Program-made: the position numbers and the translations under genes
Notes under the pieces: generated by a model
What the model saw: only the letters and a program-made list of their open reading frames with translations
Told to the model about the DNA's origin: nothing
Database searches by the model: none
In this document: in pieces, positions 8,667 to 18,461 of the stretch
Layout of the letters: every line of letters begins with the position of its first letter
Numbering within the stretch: position 1 is the stretch's first letter
Origin: an uncultured Lentisphaeraceae bacterium
Lineage (GTDB): Bacteria > Verrucomicrobiota > Kiritimatiellia > RFP12 > UBA1067
DNA length: 64,000 bases
Assembly (NCBI GenBank): GCA_964406095.1
Contig: CAYOQJ010000057.1
Coordinates: 1,342 to 65,341, forward strand
Direction: 5' to 3'

Positions 8667-10703
8667 ATGATGAAACTTAGACATGTAACAGCTGGTTTAC
8701 TGATGTTATGCGGCAGCGCAGAAATTTTTGCGGATAATCGTCCCAACATTCTTTTTGTTTTCACTGATGATCAGCGCTACGACGCGATGTCGGTTGTTCA
8801 ACGTGAACAAGGCGAACGAGCGCGCTTTCCCTGGCTTGAAACGCCGAATATGGACAGACTGGCCGCTGAAGGTATCCGTTTTCGAAACGCCTTTGTTGTC
8901 AATTCTCTCTGTTCACCGAGTCGGGCGGTCAATCTGACTGGACGTTACAATCATCTGAATGGCATTGCATCGAACTTCCGTGACTTCCCGACTGACAATG
9001 TGACTTATGCCACGTTGTTACGTGATGCTGGTTACGCCACAGCTTACATCGGCAAGTGGCATATGGGCAGCCAGAAAGAGCGTCCCGGTTTTGATTATGC
9101 CGCTTCATTCATTGGACATTCACGATATTTCAATCCCGAGTTCATTGTCCAGGGCAAAAAGGTGCCTCACACCGGGTGGATCGATGACATCACCACCGAT
9201 TATGCGATTGACTATCTCGAGAGCCGCAAAGGTTCAAAACAGCCTTGGCTGATGACCGTTGGTTTCAAAACACCGCACGGCCCGTTTGAACCGCCGCCGC
9301 GCACTCAGCAGCACTATCAAAACGCTCGCGCGAGGGTCGTGCCCAATTTCAATGCTCCCGCACCCTACGCCAACGAGAAATTCAAGCAGAGTGTCGCTGG
9401 GCGTGAGTTGGGGGAAACAACCAGAACCAACCTGGGTTACTTCCGCTGTCTGACGGCGGCTGATCAATGTTTGGGGCGTTTGCTGGAGGCTGTTGATCAG
9501 AACGGGTTCCGTGACAACACGGTTGTGATCTACACCAGCGATAACGGTTTTTATTTAGGTGAACACGGATTGGGCGATAAGCGCAGCGATTATGAAGAGA
9601 GTCTGCGTGTACCCTTCATCGTACGTTACCCTCCCTTGGGCGACGCGGCCAGCGGACGCACCTGTGACCGTATGGTACTCAATCTCGATTTACTTCGCTC
9701 TCTGCTTGATTTTGCCGAGGTTGAACCGCCTAATCAGATTCAGGGTCGCAGCTGGAAGCCGCTACTTGTCGGTGATGTTGAGGATTTCCGCAAGTCCTGG
9801 TTTTTCGAATATTTTGCGGAGGCGCAGCGTGGCTCACGCATACCGGATATCTATGGAGTACGCACGGAGAATTCCAAACTGGTGGTCTATCCCGGTCATC
9901 CAGAGTGGACGGAGATGTTCGATTTAGCTAAGGACCCTTACGAAATCAATAATCTCTATAACAATGCTGAACACGCCGCCATGCGATCCGGTTTGGAAAA
10001 GGAGTTGGAGCGATTGCTCAGGGAGGTTGAATATGTGGTACCGGAATACACAGACCGCCCCTATTGGTGGGGTCTGCCTGGCGGAGCGGACTGGAAACCG
10101 GATGCCACACCGCATCTCAAACTAGAGATTTTACCAGCGGGACTGAACGGTAGGATGGTGACCAGTTCAGTCAACAGAGATGAGCGTGCCGAAGTCAAGA
10201 ACAGGGTCAAGGTGGTTGATACCGGAGATCGGCTCCAAGCCTTTGATTTCAGTGGCGGCGGCTTTATCGAGGTTGGCAAACCAGCTTCAATTGACCCATC
10301 GATGAAGGCTTTCACACTCGAGGTTGCGGCGAATATCGATGGTTCAGGCAAAGGTGTGCTGGTTGGCAGCGGTGGCGCCTCACTCGGTTACTGCCTTGCG
10401 GTCAAGCAGGGGCGTGTGCTTTTTGTTGTTAATGCAGGCAACAGACCTGTAGTTCTTAAAACCGCGAAGCCTCTGAAGGGCTGGATCAATATCAGTGCCA
10501 TTTTATGTGCCGATAAGTCGGTGGAACTGCTCGTAAACGGCAGGCGCGTTCAACGCAAACACGTAGCCGCCTTTATCACAAAGGTGCCGAATGACACCAT
10601 GCAGATCGGAGCGGACAAGGGTAGCCCCGTGTTGGAAGAACCTCTCGGTCAATTCAAGGGGCTGATCAGAAGCGTCAGGTTTTACAGTGGTGAAAAACGA
10701 TGA
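8667..10703 (+). CDS. Formylglycine-dependent sulfatase with a C-terminal LamG/concanavalin-like domain
   Basis: The ORF track starts at TTG 8637. I prefer ATG 8667 (MMKLRHVTAGLLMLCGSAEIFA, a signal peptide, with an aaaggtgg RBS upstream). Motifs: NILFVFTDDQRYD and the Cys-type active-site motif SLCSPSRAVNLTGR. The C-terminal part (FTLEVAANIDGSGKGVLVGSGG...LLVNGRRV...IRSVRFYSG) is Laminin_G_3-like. Confidence 0.85.
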   Translation: MMKLRHVTAGLLMLCGSAEIFADNRPNILFVFTDDQRYDAMSVVQREQGERARFPWLETPNMDRLAAEGIRFRNAFVVNSLCSPSRAVNLTGRYNHLNGIASNFRDFPTDNVTYATLLRDAGYATAYIGKWHMGSQKERPGFDYAASFIGHSRYFNPEFIVQGKKVPHTGWIDDITTDYAIDYLESRKGSKQPWLMTVGFKTPHGPFEPPPRTQQHYQNARARVVPNFNAPAPYANEKFKQSVAGRELGETTRTNLGYFRCLTAADQCLGRLLEAVDQNGFRDNTVVIYTSDNGFYLGEHGLGDKRSDYEESLRVPFIVRYPPLGDAASGRTCDRMVLNLDLLRSLLDFAEVEPPNQIQGRSWKPLLVGDVEDFRKSWFFEYFAEAQRGSRIPDIYGVRTENSKLVVYPGHPEWTEMFDLAKDPYEINNLYNNAEHAAMRSGLEKELERLLREVEYVVPEYTDRPYWWGLPGGADWKPDATPHLKLEILPAGLNGRMVTSSVNRDERAEVKNRVKVVDTGDRLQAFDFSGGGFIEVGKPASIDPSMKAFTLEVAANIDGSGKGVLVGSGGASLGYCLAVKQGRVLFVVNAGNRPVVLKTAKPLKGWINISAILCADKSVELLVNGRRVQRKHVAAFITKVPNDTMQIGADKGSPVLEEPLGQFKGLIRSVRFYSGEKR

Positions 10704-10718
10704 GTGGGGGTGATAGAG

Positions 10719-13571
10719 ATGAAGAGCCGGATTTTTGGTGTTGTAGTTGCGATTCTCTCTTTGAACATCAGGGCAGACAACGTGGGCTTTGTATCTCAGA
10801 GTGCGCGTGATATCCCGATAGAGACAGAAGTTGATGTTCTGGTTGTTGGCGGCTCGACTGCGGCTGTGGCCGCAGCTCAGGCTGCGGCCACAGCCGGAGC
10901 TTCGGTTTATTTGATTGCGCCGCGACTTTATCTTGGTGAAGAGATGTGTGCGACTCTGCGTCTCAAAGACACAGCCGACAAAAAAAACTCGCATCCTATG
11001 TTGAAAGAGATATATGGTCGGGGAGATCCCGCCAAACCAGTCGCGGTCAAAGCGGTATTGGTGCGCACTCTGCTTGATGCCGGTGTCAACTACATCTATG
11101 GCGCCTATGTCACTGATCCGCTGTTTGATCGGAGAGGCGATATCTGCGGCGTGATCATGGCCAACCGCGCCGGACGTCAGGCGGTTATCGCTAAAAGCGT
11201 GATTGATGCGACTGATTACGCTTGGCTCTGCCGCATGGCTGGTTGTGCCATTTCATCCTGGCCGGGCGGTAAGGTTACCTTCTCGCGTTCACTCTATTTT
11301 GCGGTAACGAAAGGCAAGCGAAGGTTTTCCGGACGTCGCAAAAAACTCACGATTGATATGCCGGATTTCTCTTTTGCATCACTCTCTCGGGCTGAAGACC
11401 TGGCGCGTGTTCAGACTACCACTCCCGATCTGTTGCGCGGGGCGGAACGTTTGTTCTGTGTGCCACCGTTGTTTGTCACCTGTCAGGGTAGTGCCGCGGA
11501 TGATTTGAAAAGTTTCATCCCGGCCGATCAGCGTCGCCTCTACGTACTGAGCGGAATGGCCGGTGTTTCACGTGATGAGATGGCGCGACTGTTGCACCCC
11601 GGCGCTCTCATCTCTGCTGGCGTGATGGTTGGTCGAGCGGCTGCGACAGCTGCTGCCCGGGAAATAAATTTGGCCGATATTCATCTTAGATCGCATAAAC
11701 AACCGGTTGAAACGGCTGGGAATGTCCACGAAATTTTAGAGGGCTCACGTCCGGTTGCCGTCGGTGAAACACGCAAATTGCGGATTGGTTCCACAGCAGT
11801 TCCGGTTATTGCGTCGGTTGATGTGGTTGTGGTGGGTGGGGGGACGTCGGGAGCCGCGGCGGCGATTGCCGCTGCCCGTCGTGGCGCCGCGACCATGGTG
11901 ATTGAGTACCAGGAGGAGTTCGGCGGAGTGGGTACGCTCGGCCAGATCACCAAGCCTTACCATGGACGTAAAATCGGATTTGCCGCTGAAGTGCCCTTTC
12001 CGCAAAGAGTTGAAGCTAAAATGCAATGGTATCGCGATGAAATGCGCAAAGCAGGTTGTCGAATGTTGCTCAGTACGCTTGGTTGTGGCGCCTTTGTCGA
12101 AGGCTCAACTGTAAAAGGGGCGGTCGTTTGTACACCCGAGGGACGCGGTGTGATTCTGGCCGACGTTGTGATTGATGCCACCGGCAATGCCGATGTGGCG
12201 GTAGCGGCCGGCGCCAACTATCGTTACGGCACCATTGAAGTGGGAGATATCGCCCTGCAAGGTACCGGGCTCTCAACCCGTACTCCCGGTAAAAATTTTA
12301 ACAACAGCGATTACCTGTTGGTTGATGAGAATGACATGACCGATGTAAGTCGCGCGCTCACTTCGGTATTTCTGGCCAACCAGCGCAATTTTGATGTCGG
12401 AACCCTGATCCTCACACGGGAACGTCGTCGTATAGTCGGCGATTTTACCATGCGTTATATCGATCAAATCGCGGGGCGCACCTACCCCGACTCAATTGTA
12501 TTTTCCGGCAGCAATTATGATTCGCATGGTTATCCCAGCTCACCGTTTTTCGCTCTGCTACCGCATGATAATAAATCACGAAAGAAGAATCATCCCGCCC
12601 CCGGCGGTACCTGCTACACACCCTATCGATCGTTGCTGCCTGCAGGATTGAACAACATTCTGGTCATTGGTCTGGCCATCAGCATGGATCGGGACGCTTC
12701 GGCAATGGTGCGGATGCAGCTCGATATGGCTAATCAGGGCTATGCCGCCGGAGTGGTGGCAGCTCTTTGCGCCGCTGAAAACAGCTCTCCGCGTGAGGTT
12801 GACCTTTCCAAAGTACGCACCCATCTGATTGAGATCGGAGCACTTGACAAGCAGGTGCTGAACCATCAGGACTCTTTTCCGCTCGCCGATTCGAAGATCG
12901 CCGACGCGGTTGCCGGTTATCTTAGTTCCACTAATCCGCAGCAGGCCGGACAGGCTCTGGCTGTGATACTGGCCCATCCCGAACGTGCTCTGCCGTTGTT
13001 GCGCCGGAGTTTCAAGCGAGCTGAAGGGCAGCCTGGCGTGCTCTGCTCACAGGTGCTTGGAGTGCTGGGCTGTAGAGATGGAGTCGATTATCTTGTGCGG
13101 ACAGCCCGCACGATCAAAGAGTGGGACGACAAAATTCTGCAGGGTTCCATGGCACCCTATGCTCATCTTCCGACACCTCAGGATTCGATCATCATTGCGC
13201 TGGGTTACGCAGGCGACCCTGCCGCTGTGCCGGCGCTGACCGAACTGACCGGACGTCTCGACGCCGAGGTCACACTTTCACATCATCGTGCTGTCGCTCT
13301 AGCCTGGGAGCGTTTAAAGAGTCCGCGTGGCGCCGAGGCACTCGCACGGTTGCTGGCAAAACCGAAAATGCGCGGGTATGCCATGACCGAAATCGTCCGT
13401 TCCGGCAAGGTCGAGGAACGCACCAATGCTCTGCGTGAAATCACGCTTGCCCGCGCTCTCTACCGCTGCGGTGATCACAATGGTCTTGGTGTAACCATTT
13501 TGAAGGAGTATCAGAACGATCTGCGCGGATTGTTTGCCCGCCATGCCAACGCTATTCTCGCGGGCGAGTAA
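10719..13571 (+). CDS. Secreted FAD-dependent oxidoreductase-family protein with two Rossmann FAD-binding modules and C-terminal HEAT/PBS-lyase-like repeats
   Basis: Start placed at ATG 10719 (MKSRIFGVVVAILSLNIRA, a signal peptide), 15 nt after the sulfatase stop. Two dinucleotide-binding motifs: DVLVVGGSTAAVAAAQAAATAG and DVVVVGGGTSGAAAAIAAARRGAATMVIE. C-terminal HEAT-like repeat: ALGYAGDPAAVPALTELTG...GAEALARLL. Confidence 0.7.
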   Translation: MKSRIFGVVVAILSLNIRADNVGFVSQSARDIPIETEVDVLVVGGSTAAVAAAQAAATAGASVYLIAPRLYLGEEMCATLRLKDTADKKNSHPMLKEIYGRGDPAKPVAVKAVLVRTLLDAGVNYIYGAYVTDPLFDRRGDICGVIMANRAGRQAVIAKSVIDATDYAWLCRMAGCAISSWPGGKVTFSRSLYFAVTKGKRRFSGRRKKLTIDMPDFSFASLSRAEDLARVQTTTPDLLRGAERLFCVPPLFVTCQGSAADDLKSFIPADQRRLYVLSGMAGVSRDEMARLLHPGALISAGVMVGRAAATAAAREINLADIHLRSHKQPVETAGNVHEILEGSRPVAVGETRKLRIGSTAVPVIASVDVVVVGGGTSGAAAAIAAARRGAATMVIEYQEEFGGVGTLGQITKPYHGRKIGFAAEVPFPQRVEAKMQWYRDEMRKAGCRMLLSTLGCGAFVEGSTVKGAVVCTPEGRGVILADVVIDATGNADVAVAAGANYRYGTIEVGDIALQGTGLSTRTPGKNFNNSDYLLVDENDMTDVSRALTSVFLANQRNFDVGTLILTRERRRIVGDFTMRYIDQIAGRTYPDSIVFSGSNYDSHGYPSSPFFALLPHDNKSRKKNHPAPGGTCYTPYRSLLPAGLNNILVIGLAISMDRDASAMVRMQLDMANQGYAAGVVAALCAAENSSPREVDLSKVRTHLIEIGALDKQVLNHQDSFPLADSKIADAVAGYLSSTNPQQAGQALAVILAHPERALPLLRRSFKRAEGQPGVLCSQVLGVLGCRDGVDYLVRTARTIKEWDDKILQGSMAPYAHLPTPQDSIIIALGYAGDPAAVPALTELTGRLDAEVTLSHHRAVALAWERLKSPRGAEALARLLAKPKMRGYAMTEIVRSGKVEERTNALREITLARALYRCGDHNGLGVTILKEYQNDLRGLFARHANAILAGE

Positions 13572-13586
13572 GGTTCTCGAACTTAT

Positions 13587-14981
13587 TTATTTTAAATGCG
13601 TCAGTGCGTCGCGGGCGGCATCGCGTAGTATTTCAGGCAGGGTCGGATGGATGAATATCAAATCCAGCATATCATTGAGTGTGGCTCTGTTTTTCAGTAG
13701 CGGAATCATCATATGCAGCAGTGTGGCGGCATCGTGGCCCATGATCTGACAACCCAGAATCAGGTGATCGGAGCGATTCACAAGAATCTTGGCGAAACCT
13801 TCACGATAACCGCGTGCGATACCGGCATTGCTCTCGGCGAAATCGGATCGCCCGATTGCGATTTCATCACGATATCCCGCGACATCCTGCTCGCGCAGGC
13901 CTACACCGGCAATCTCAGGGTGCGAGAAAATGGCATGCGGCACAGGACCGTAATCAAGCGCTCTAAACGGTTCACCACCGATAAGATGACGCACCAGATA
14001 GGCTACTTCATAGTTGGCTGTGTGACGAAACAGGTGATTGCCGACCACATCGCCGAGGGCGTAAACACCCGGCGCATCGCTTTGTAACGTCGAGTCAACT
14101 AGGATATGCCCTGCATCATCAACTTTGATATCGGTGTTTTCCAGCCCCAATTCCTGCGTTGCCGGTTTTATTCCGGTGCAGATTAGGATTGCATCACTTT
14201 GAATCGTTCTGCTCTCCGCGTTTTCAGAGTCGCATTTCAGGGTGAAGATGCGGCCGTCATATTCAACCGATCGTAGCTGTGTGCCCATGTGGCACTTGTG
14301 ACGTTGGGTGTAAATTCGGTTGAAGTGCTGTGAAATTTCATCATCCTCCTGCCGAAGGAAGCGGCTCCGCACAATATATTCAACCTTGCTGCCTGCCGCA
14401 CCGTAGGCGTAACCAAGCTCGACCGCGATGTAACCGGCACCGACCACCAGCAGACGATCTGGCAGAACCGGATTGCTGAGGGCCTCGGTGCTGGTCATAT
14501 AGGGGGTTCCGGCCAGTCCCGGAATCGATGGAATGGCTGGTTCGGCACCGGTCGCAACCACAATGCGCGGAGCACTCAGCCGCGCTTCACAAACCCGGAT
14601 AACGTGGTTGCTTTCAAATACCGCGCTGCCCTCGAAGCGTTCCAGTCCATCAAGGTCGGCAAGCGATTTCACGAGGCCCTCTCTGATCTCAGCGATCGTA
14701 GTGGCGATGCGTTGAACGAGATCGGAAAAGTTGATCTCTGGTTCTGAAACCTCAATGTTGATATTGGCGGCACGGCGGATTGCGTTGGCAAGCTCTCCAG
14801 GATATATGATCATTTTCGACGGTATACAGCCGCGGTTCAGACATGTGCCGCCCAACGGCCCCCGTTCGATGAGTGCCGTGTGCAACCCCTTTCGGGCTGC
14901 GGCAGTCGCAACCATCATGCCGCCGCCGGAACCGATGACGATCAGATCAAACTGTTTAATCTCTCTGTTCAAATTTACCAT
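13587..14981 (-). CDS. Class-I pyridine nucleotide-disulfide oxidoreductase (dihydrolipoyl dehydrogenase / glutathione-reductase family)
   Basis: 464 aa. Motifs: DLIVIGSGGGMMVATAAARKG, the redox-active disulfide GGTCLNRGCIPSK, a second Rossmann motif VVGAGYIAVELG, and a C-terminal dimerisation motif HPTLPE. Confidence 0.75.
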   Translation of the reverse strand: MVNLNREIKQFDLIVIGSGGGMMVATAAARKGLHTALIERGPLGGTCLNRGCIPSKMIIYPGELANAIRRAANINIEVSEPEINFSDLVQRIATTIAEIREGLVKSLADLDGLERFEGSAVFESNHVIRVCEARLSAPRIVVATGAEPAIPSIPGLAGTPYMTSTEALSNPVLPDRLLVVGAGYIAVELGYAYGAAGSKVEYIVRSRFLRQEDDEISQHFNRIYTQRHKCHMGTQLRSVEYDGRIFTLKCDSENAESRTIQSDAILICTGIKPATQELGLENTDIKVDDAGHILVDSTLQSDAPGVYALGDVVGNHLFRHTANYEVAYLVRHLIGGEPFRALDYGPVPHAIFSHPEIAGVGLREQDVAGYRDEIAIGRSDFAESNAGIARGYREGFAKILVNRSDHLILGCQIMGHDAATLLHMMIPLLKNRATLNDMLDLIFIHPTLPEILRDAARDALTHLK

Positions 14982-15063
14982 TTCCTCTCTCTCTTTCCAC
15001 TAAGCTGGACAGCTGAATTAGTTGGCCTTAGAGATAAAATAAAGCTTCATCATACTGTTAAGA

Positions 15064-15339
15064 TTGCCCGAATTAAAGTACAAAGGTTGGGTTTTTATCG
15101 CCAATGAACACCTTGGCGGTAGGGTATTAAAATGCAATGAGGAAACTCCGGAATACGCAATTGTGGCGACAGGGTCACTTCTGGAATTCGCGCTGGTGTC
15201 ACCTGAATTATCGCTGCCGATCGGGAGGATAGAGATATATCACTTCGGGCCGTTCTCCTTCGATGAGTTTCTGACGATAATTGGTGATATTGTATCTTGC
15301 AGAATAGCAGTAAATATGGCAGAGTGGCAGTATGAATAA
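15064..15339 (+). pseudogene. Probable remnant of an AAA-family ATPase gene (AAA_14/DUF4143-type)
   Basis: 91-aa ORF with a TTG start. The segment VATGSLLEFAL...LSLPIGRIEIYHFGPFSFDEFL resembles the central GSxLEFAL...FPVGRV...PLSFxEFL region of roughly 400-aa ATPases. The Walker A region and the C-terminal domain are absent. Confidence 0.35.
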
Positions 15340-16765
15340 AAGACGTGATTTTTTGAAGATGGTGGGCGGTGGCCTTTGTTGCGTTGCAGGTGGGTGTCTG
15401 CTGAATTCCAGTGCTCGTAGTGTGGCTCAACCGAATATCGTTCTTTGCATGGCGGATGATCAGGGCTGGGGTGATATGGCCTACAATGGACACCCCGTAA
15501 TTAAGACTCCGAATTTTGATGCGATGGCGGAATCAGGCCTACGTTTTGATCGCTTTTACGCCGCTGCGCCGGTTTGCTCGCCCACACGCGGCAGCGTCAT
15601 GACCGGACGCCATCCTAACCGCTTCGGATGTTTTTCATGGGGTCACACACTGCGTCCTCAGGAGGTTACCTTGGCGGAAGCTTTGCAAGAAGCGGGTTAT
15701 GTGACCGGACATTTCGGTAAGTGGCACTTAGGATCGGTACGTGTGGGTAGTCCGGTCAATCCGGGAGCCAGCGGTTTCGATGAGTGGTGCTCCGCTCCCA
15801 ATTTCTTCGACAATGATCCGTTGTTCAGTCGCGAAGGTAAGGCTGTACGGGTTGAAGGGGAGAGTTCAATGGTCACGGTTGATGCCGCACTTGATTTTGT
15901 CGAACGGCATTCAAAATCGGAACAACCCTTTTTGGCGGTGGTCTGGTTTGGATCACCGCACGCACCGCACCGTGCCGACCCAGAGTTCGGTTCGCTTTAC
16001 GAGTCGGAGAAACGCAAGGATTTCTATGGAGAGATCACCGGTATGGATGCTGCTTTTGGGAAACTGCGTAATGGCCTGCGGCGCTTGAACATACAGGATA
16101 ATACGATTCTCTGGTATTGTAGCGACAACGGGGGACTCATGAAAGAGAGTACTGGCGGCCGCGCCAGAAAGGGTTCGATCTATGAGGGCGGTCTGAGAGT
16201 GCCGAGTATTCTGGAGTGGCCGGCACGGCTGAAAAAAGCAAGAAACACCGCCATGCCATGCAATACCGCCGACATCTATCCGACCCTGCTGGAGATCACG
16301 GAGGTTGACATCAAAGATCAACCGCAGCTGGATGGCGTCAGTCTGCTGCCCCTGATTGAGGGAACCCTTGACAGACGTCCGGGAGGCATGGGTTTCTGGC
16401 AGTATCCTGAGAGAGGCATCTCAACACCCAGTGAGAAGTGGATGCAGGAACTGGCGGAAGCGCAGAACAGCGGGATCGAGCTGAATGAACCGGAGCGTTT
16501 GCGACTCGACGCGGGCGACCTTTCAAAACAGTATGATGTCAACAATATTTCCGGTCACGCTGCCTGGCTCAAGTGGCCCTGGAAACTGCATCGAATCGAA
16601 AAAAAAGCGGGTGCTGTTACGCTGGAATTTTACAATCTTGCGGAAGATTCCCGTGAAAGTGAGAACCTCGCACAGAGTCAGAGTGAACGCAGTCAACGGA
16701 TGCTGAAAGAGCTGGAAAAGTGGCAGAGATCGGTTCTGCACAGCCTGAATGGCGCGGATTACTGA
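15332..16765 (+). CDS. Tat-exported formylglycine-dependent sulfatase (arylsulfatase-A family)
   Basis: 477 aa. Twin-arginine leader MNKRRDFLKMVGGG. Motifs: NIVLCMADDQGWGD and active site APVCSPTRGSVMTGR. Confidence 0.85.
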   Translation: MNKRRDFLKMVGGGLCCVAGGCLLNSSARSVAQPNIVLCMADDQGWGDMAYNGHPVIKTPNFDAMAESGLRFDRFYAAAPVCSPTRGSVMTGRHPNRFGCFSWGHTLRPQEVTLAEALQEAGYVTGHFGKWHLGSVRVGSPVNPGASGFDEWCSAPNFFDNDPLFSREGKAVRVEGESSMVTVDAALDFVERHSKSEQPFLAVVWFGSPHAPHRADPEFGSLYESEKRKDFYGEITGMDAAFGKLRNGLRRLNIQDNTILWYCSDNGGLMKESTGGRARKGSIYEGGLRVPSILEWPARLKKARNTAMPCNTADIYPTLLEITEVDIKDQPQLDGVSLLPLIEGTLDRRPGGMGFWQYPERGISTPSEKWMQELAEAQNSGIELNEPERLRLDAGDLSKQYDVNNISGHAAWLKWPWKLHRIEKKAGAVTLEFYNLAEDSRESENLAQSQSERSQRMLKELEKWQRSVLHSLNGADY

Positions 16766-16903
16766 GATTTTGAATTTTTTAGTTGATTCCAGTCACGGTT
16801 TATGCAACCATCTATGTGGTTGATTTGACCATTGAATCGACATGTGACTTAAGTGTCAAGCTGGAGGGCGAAAAAAGAATCTCATCATCATCAGTCACTT
16901 AAA

Positions 16904-16937
16904 GAGTCGCGGTGTCATTCAGAGCCGCGGCTCTTTT
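16904..16937 (+). terminator. Rho-independent terminator candidate after the second sulfatase gene
   Basis: 9-bp stem GAGTCGCGG (16904-16912) paired with CCGCGGCTC (16925-16933), including one G-U pair. The loop is 12 nt and is followed by TTTT (16934-16937). Confidence 0.5.
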
Positions 16938-16995
16938 GTGTGAAGAAACACTTATCTGTCAGTGTGACAATTGTTTAACGTCTGTGAGGTTTAGG

Positions 16996-18402
16996 GTGCG
17001 GTTTAAATCTTTGATTTTTCTTGGTGGATTGTTTGTATGTGCGATGTGTGGTTCAGCTTTGAGTGCTGAGCGGCCGAATATCCTGTTTTTTATCACCGAT
17101 GATGAGAGCTGGCTGGAACGCAGTGCCTATGGCTGGTCCACATTGCCGACGCCGCACTTTGATCGTGTGGCGCGTGACGGGGTTCTTTTCACGCAGGCCT
17201 ATACATCGGCGCCCTCTTGCGCGCCCTCTCGGGCTGCAACGCTGACCGGACGCAATTTCTGGGAGTTGGATCAAGGGGCCTTCATTCAGGCCTGGGTGCC
17301 GGATAAATTCCCGGTCTTTCCCGATTTGCTTGCGCGGGCCGGTTACCATATCGGTCATACCGGTAAGGGATGGGGGCCGGGCGTTAGTCCGGAGGGAGCG
17401 CACAAATCACCTTCTGGACCGAGTTACAACAAAATTACAATTCCCAAAGAGCGGCGTATAAAACACATGTCGCCGATTGATTATGCCGCTAACTTCAAAG
17501 CATTCCTGGAAGTACGTGGAGAGGATCAGCCCTTTTATTTCTGGGTCGGCACACAGGAACCGCATGGTCCCTACGATCAGGAGAACTACAAGCGTCTCGA
17601 GCGAGAGTTCGGTTTCAAACTTGAGGATATCTCGATGCCGGCATTTATGGAGGATACACCGCAGACCCGCCGCGCACGCGCCAACTTCCTGTATGAAATC
17701 TGTTACGCTGATGCCCAGCTTGGCCGAATTCTCGCAACTCTGGCTGAAAGTGGTGAACTGGACAACACCCTGGTCTTTGTAACTTCGGATAACGGTACGG
17801 CCATCGGGAATTTTGCCAAGGCCTCGCCGTATGAGTGGAGCTGTCATGAACCGCTGGCGGTGATGTGGCCGCAACGGGTGCCCGGAGGACGCACTGTGAC
17901 CGATTTTGTTTCTTTCCGTGATTTCGCACCAACAATACTCACCGCCGCCGGAGTTGATCTGCCTGAGAGTATGTCCGGTGCCTCTTTGCTGCCGCTGCTC
18001 TGTTCCGGGAAGAGCGGACGAATCGAAGCGGATCGGAACTTTATTGTGCATGGGCTTGAGTGGCATGGCGAATTTGATCCTGCCAGTCGTTCCCACCGCA
18101 CTTATCGAAATGATCGCTACGCCTACATCGTGCGCTATTCCAACAAGCTGCCTGCTGAAAACGGGATAGCCGCCAATGCCGAGATAAGCTCCGAAGAACT
18201 TTATGATATACAGCAGGACCCCTGGCAGCGTGAAAATTTAATCGGCAATCCTGAGTACGCGGCGATTTTGAAAGAGCTGAAATCCGAGTTGAAAAAGTAT
18301 GCTCTGAAAACCGGTGACCCCAGATTTAACGGCAGAATGAAGGTTTTTCGGGAGACCCGCGCTTTTGTTCAGGAGCGTAAACGCGGAGGCTATAAACGCT
18401 AG
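16996..18402 (+). CDS. Formylglycine-dependent sulfatase
   Basis: The ORF track starts at GTG 16912, inside the terminator hairpin. I prefer GTG 16996, which is preceded by gagg and gives the leader VRFKSLIFLGGLFVCAMCGSALSA followed by ERPNILFFITDDE. Active site: SAPSCAPSRAATLTGR. Confidence 0.85.
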   Translation: MRFKSLIFLGGLFVCAMCGSALSAERPNILFFITDDESWLERSAYGWSTLPTPHFDRVARDGVLFTQAYTSAPSCAPSRAATLTGRNFWELDQGAFIQAWVPDKFPVFPDLLARAGYHIGHTGKGWGPGVSPEGAHKSPSGPSYNKITIPKERRIKHMSPIDYAANFKAFLEVRGEDQPFYFWVGTQEPHGPYDQENYKRLEREFGFKLEDISMPAFMEDTPQTRRARANFLYEICYADAQLGRILATLAESGELDNTLVFVTSDNGTAIGNFAKASPYEWSCHEPLAVMWPQRVPGGRTVTDFVSFRDFAPTILTAAGVDLPESMSGASLLPLLCSGKSGRIEADRNFIVHGLEWHGEFDPASRSHRTYRNDRYAYIVRYSNKLPAENGIAANAEISSEELYDIQQDPWQRENLIGNPEYAAILKELKSELKKYALKTGDPRFNGRMKVFRETRAFVQERKRGGYKR

Positions 18403-18461
18403 CATCCATTCTGCCGACATTTTGTTTATTAAAATTAAGTCTTTGCGTGAAGGAGAGTAAG

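Noticed and set aside
16912-16995. The upstream GTG start proposed by the ORF track for the third sulfatase.
   Set aside because: That start lies inside the stem of the terminator-like hairpin at 16904-16937. The added residues (MSFRAAALLCEETLICQCDNCLTS) precede the real signal peptide, and GTG 16996 has an upstream gagg.
17407-18096. Long antisense or off-frame ORFs inside annotated genes: 17407-18096, 28657-29301, 21706-22302, 2956-3570, 49762-50346, 44446-45015, 10503-10994 and 3246-3725.
   Set aside because: Each lies entirely within, or straddles, a gene with strong homology-type motifs on the other frame or strand. Their translations are compositionally biased (Arg, Ser, Cys or His rich) and carry no recognisable domains.
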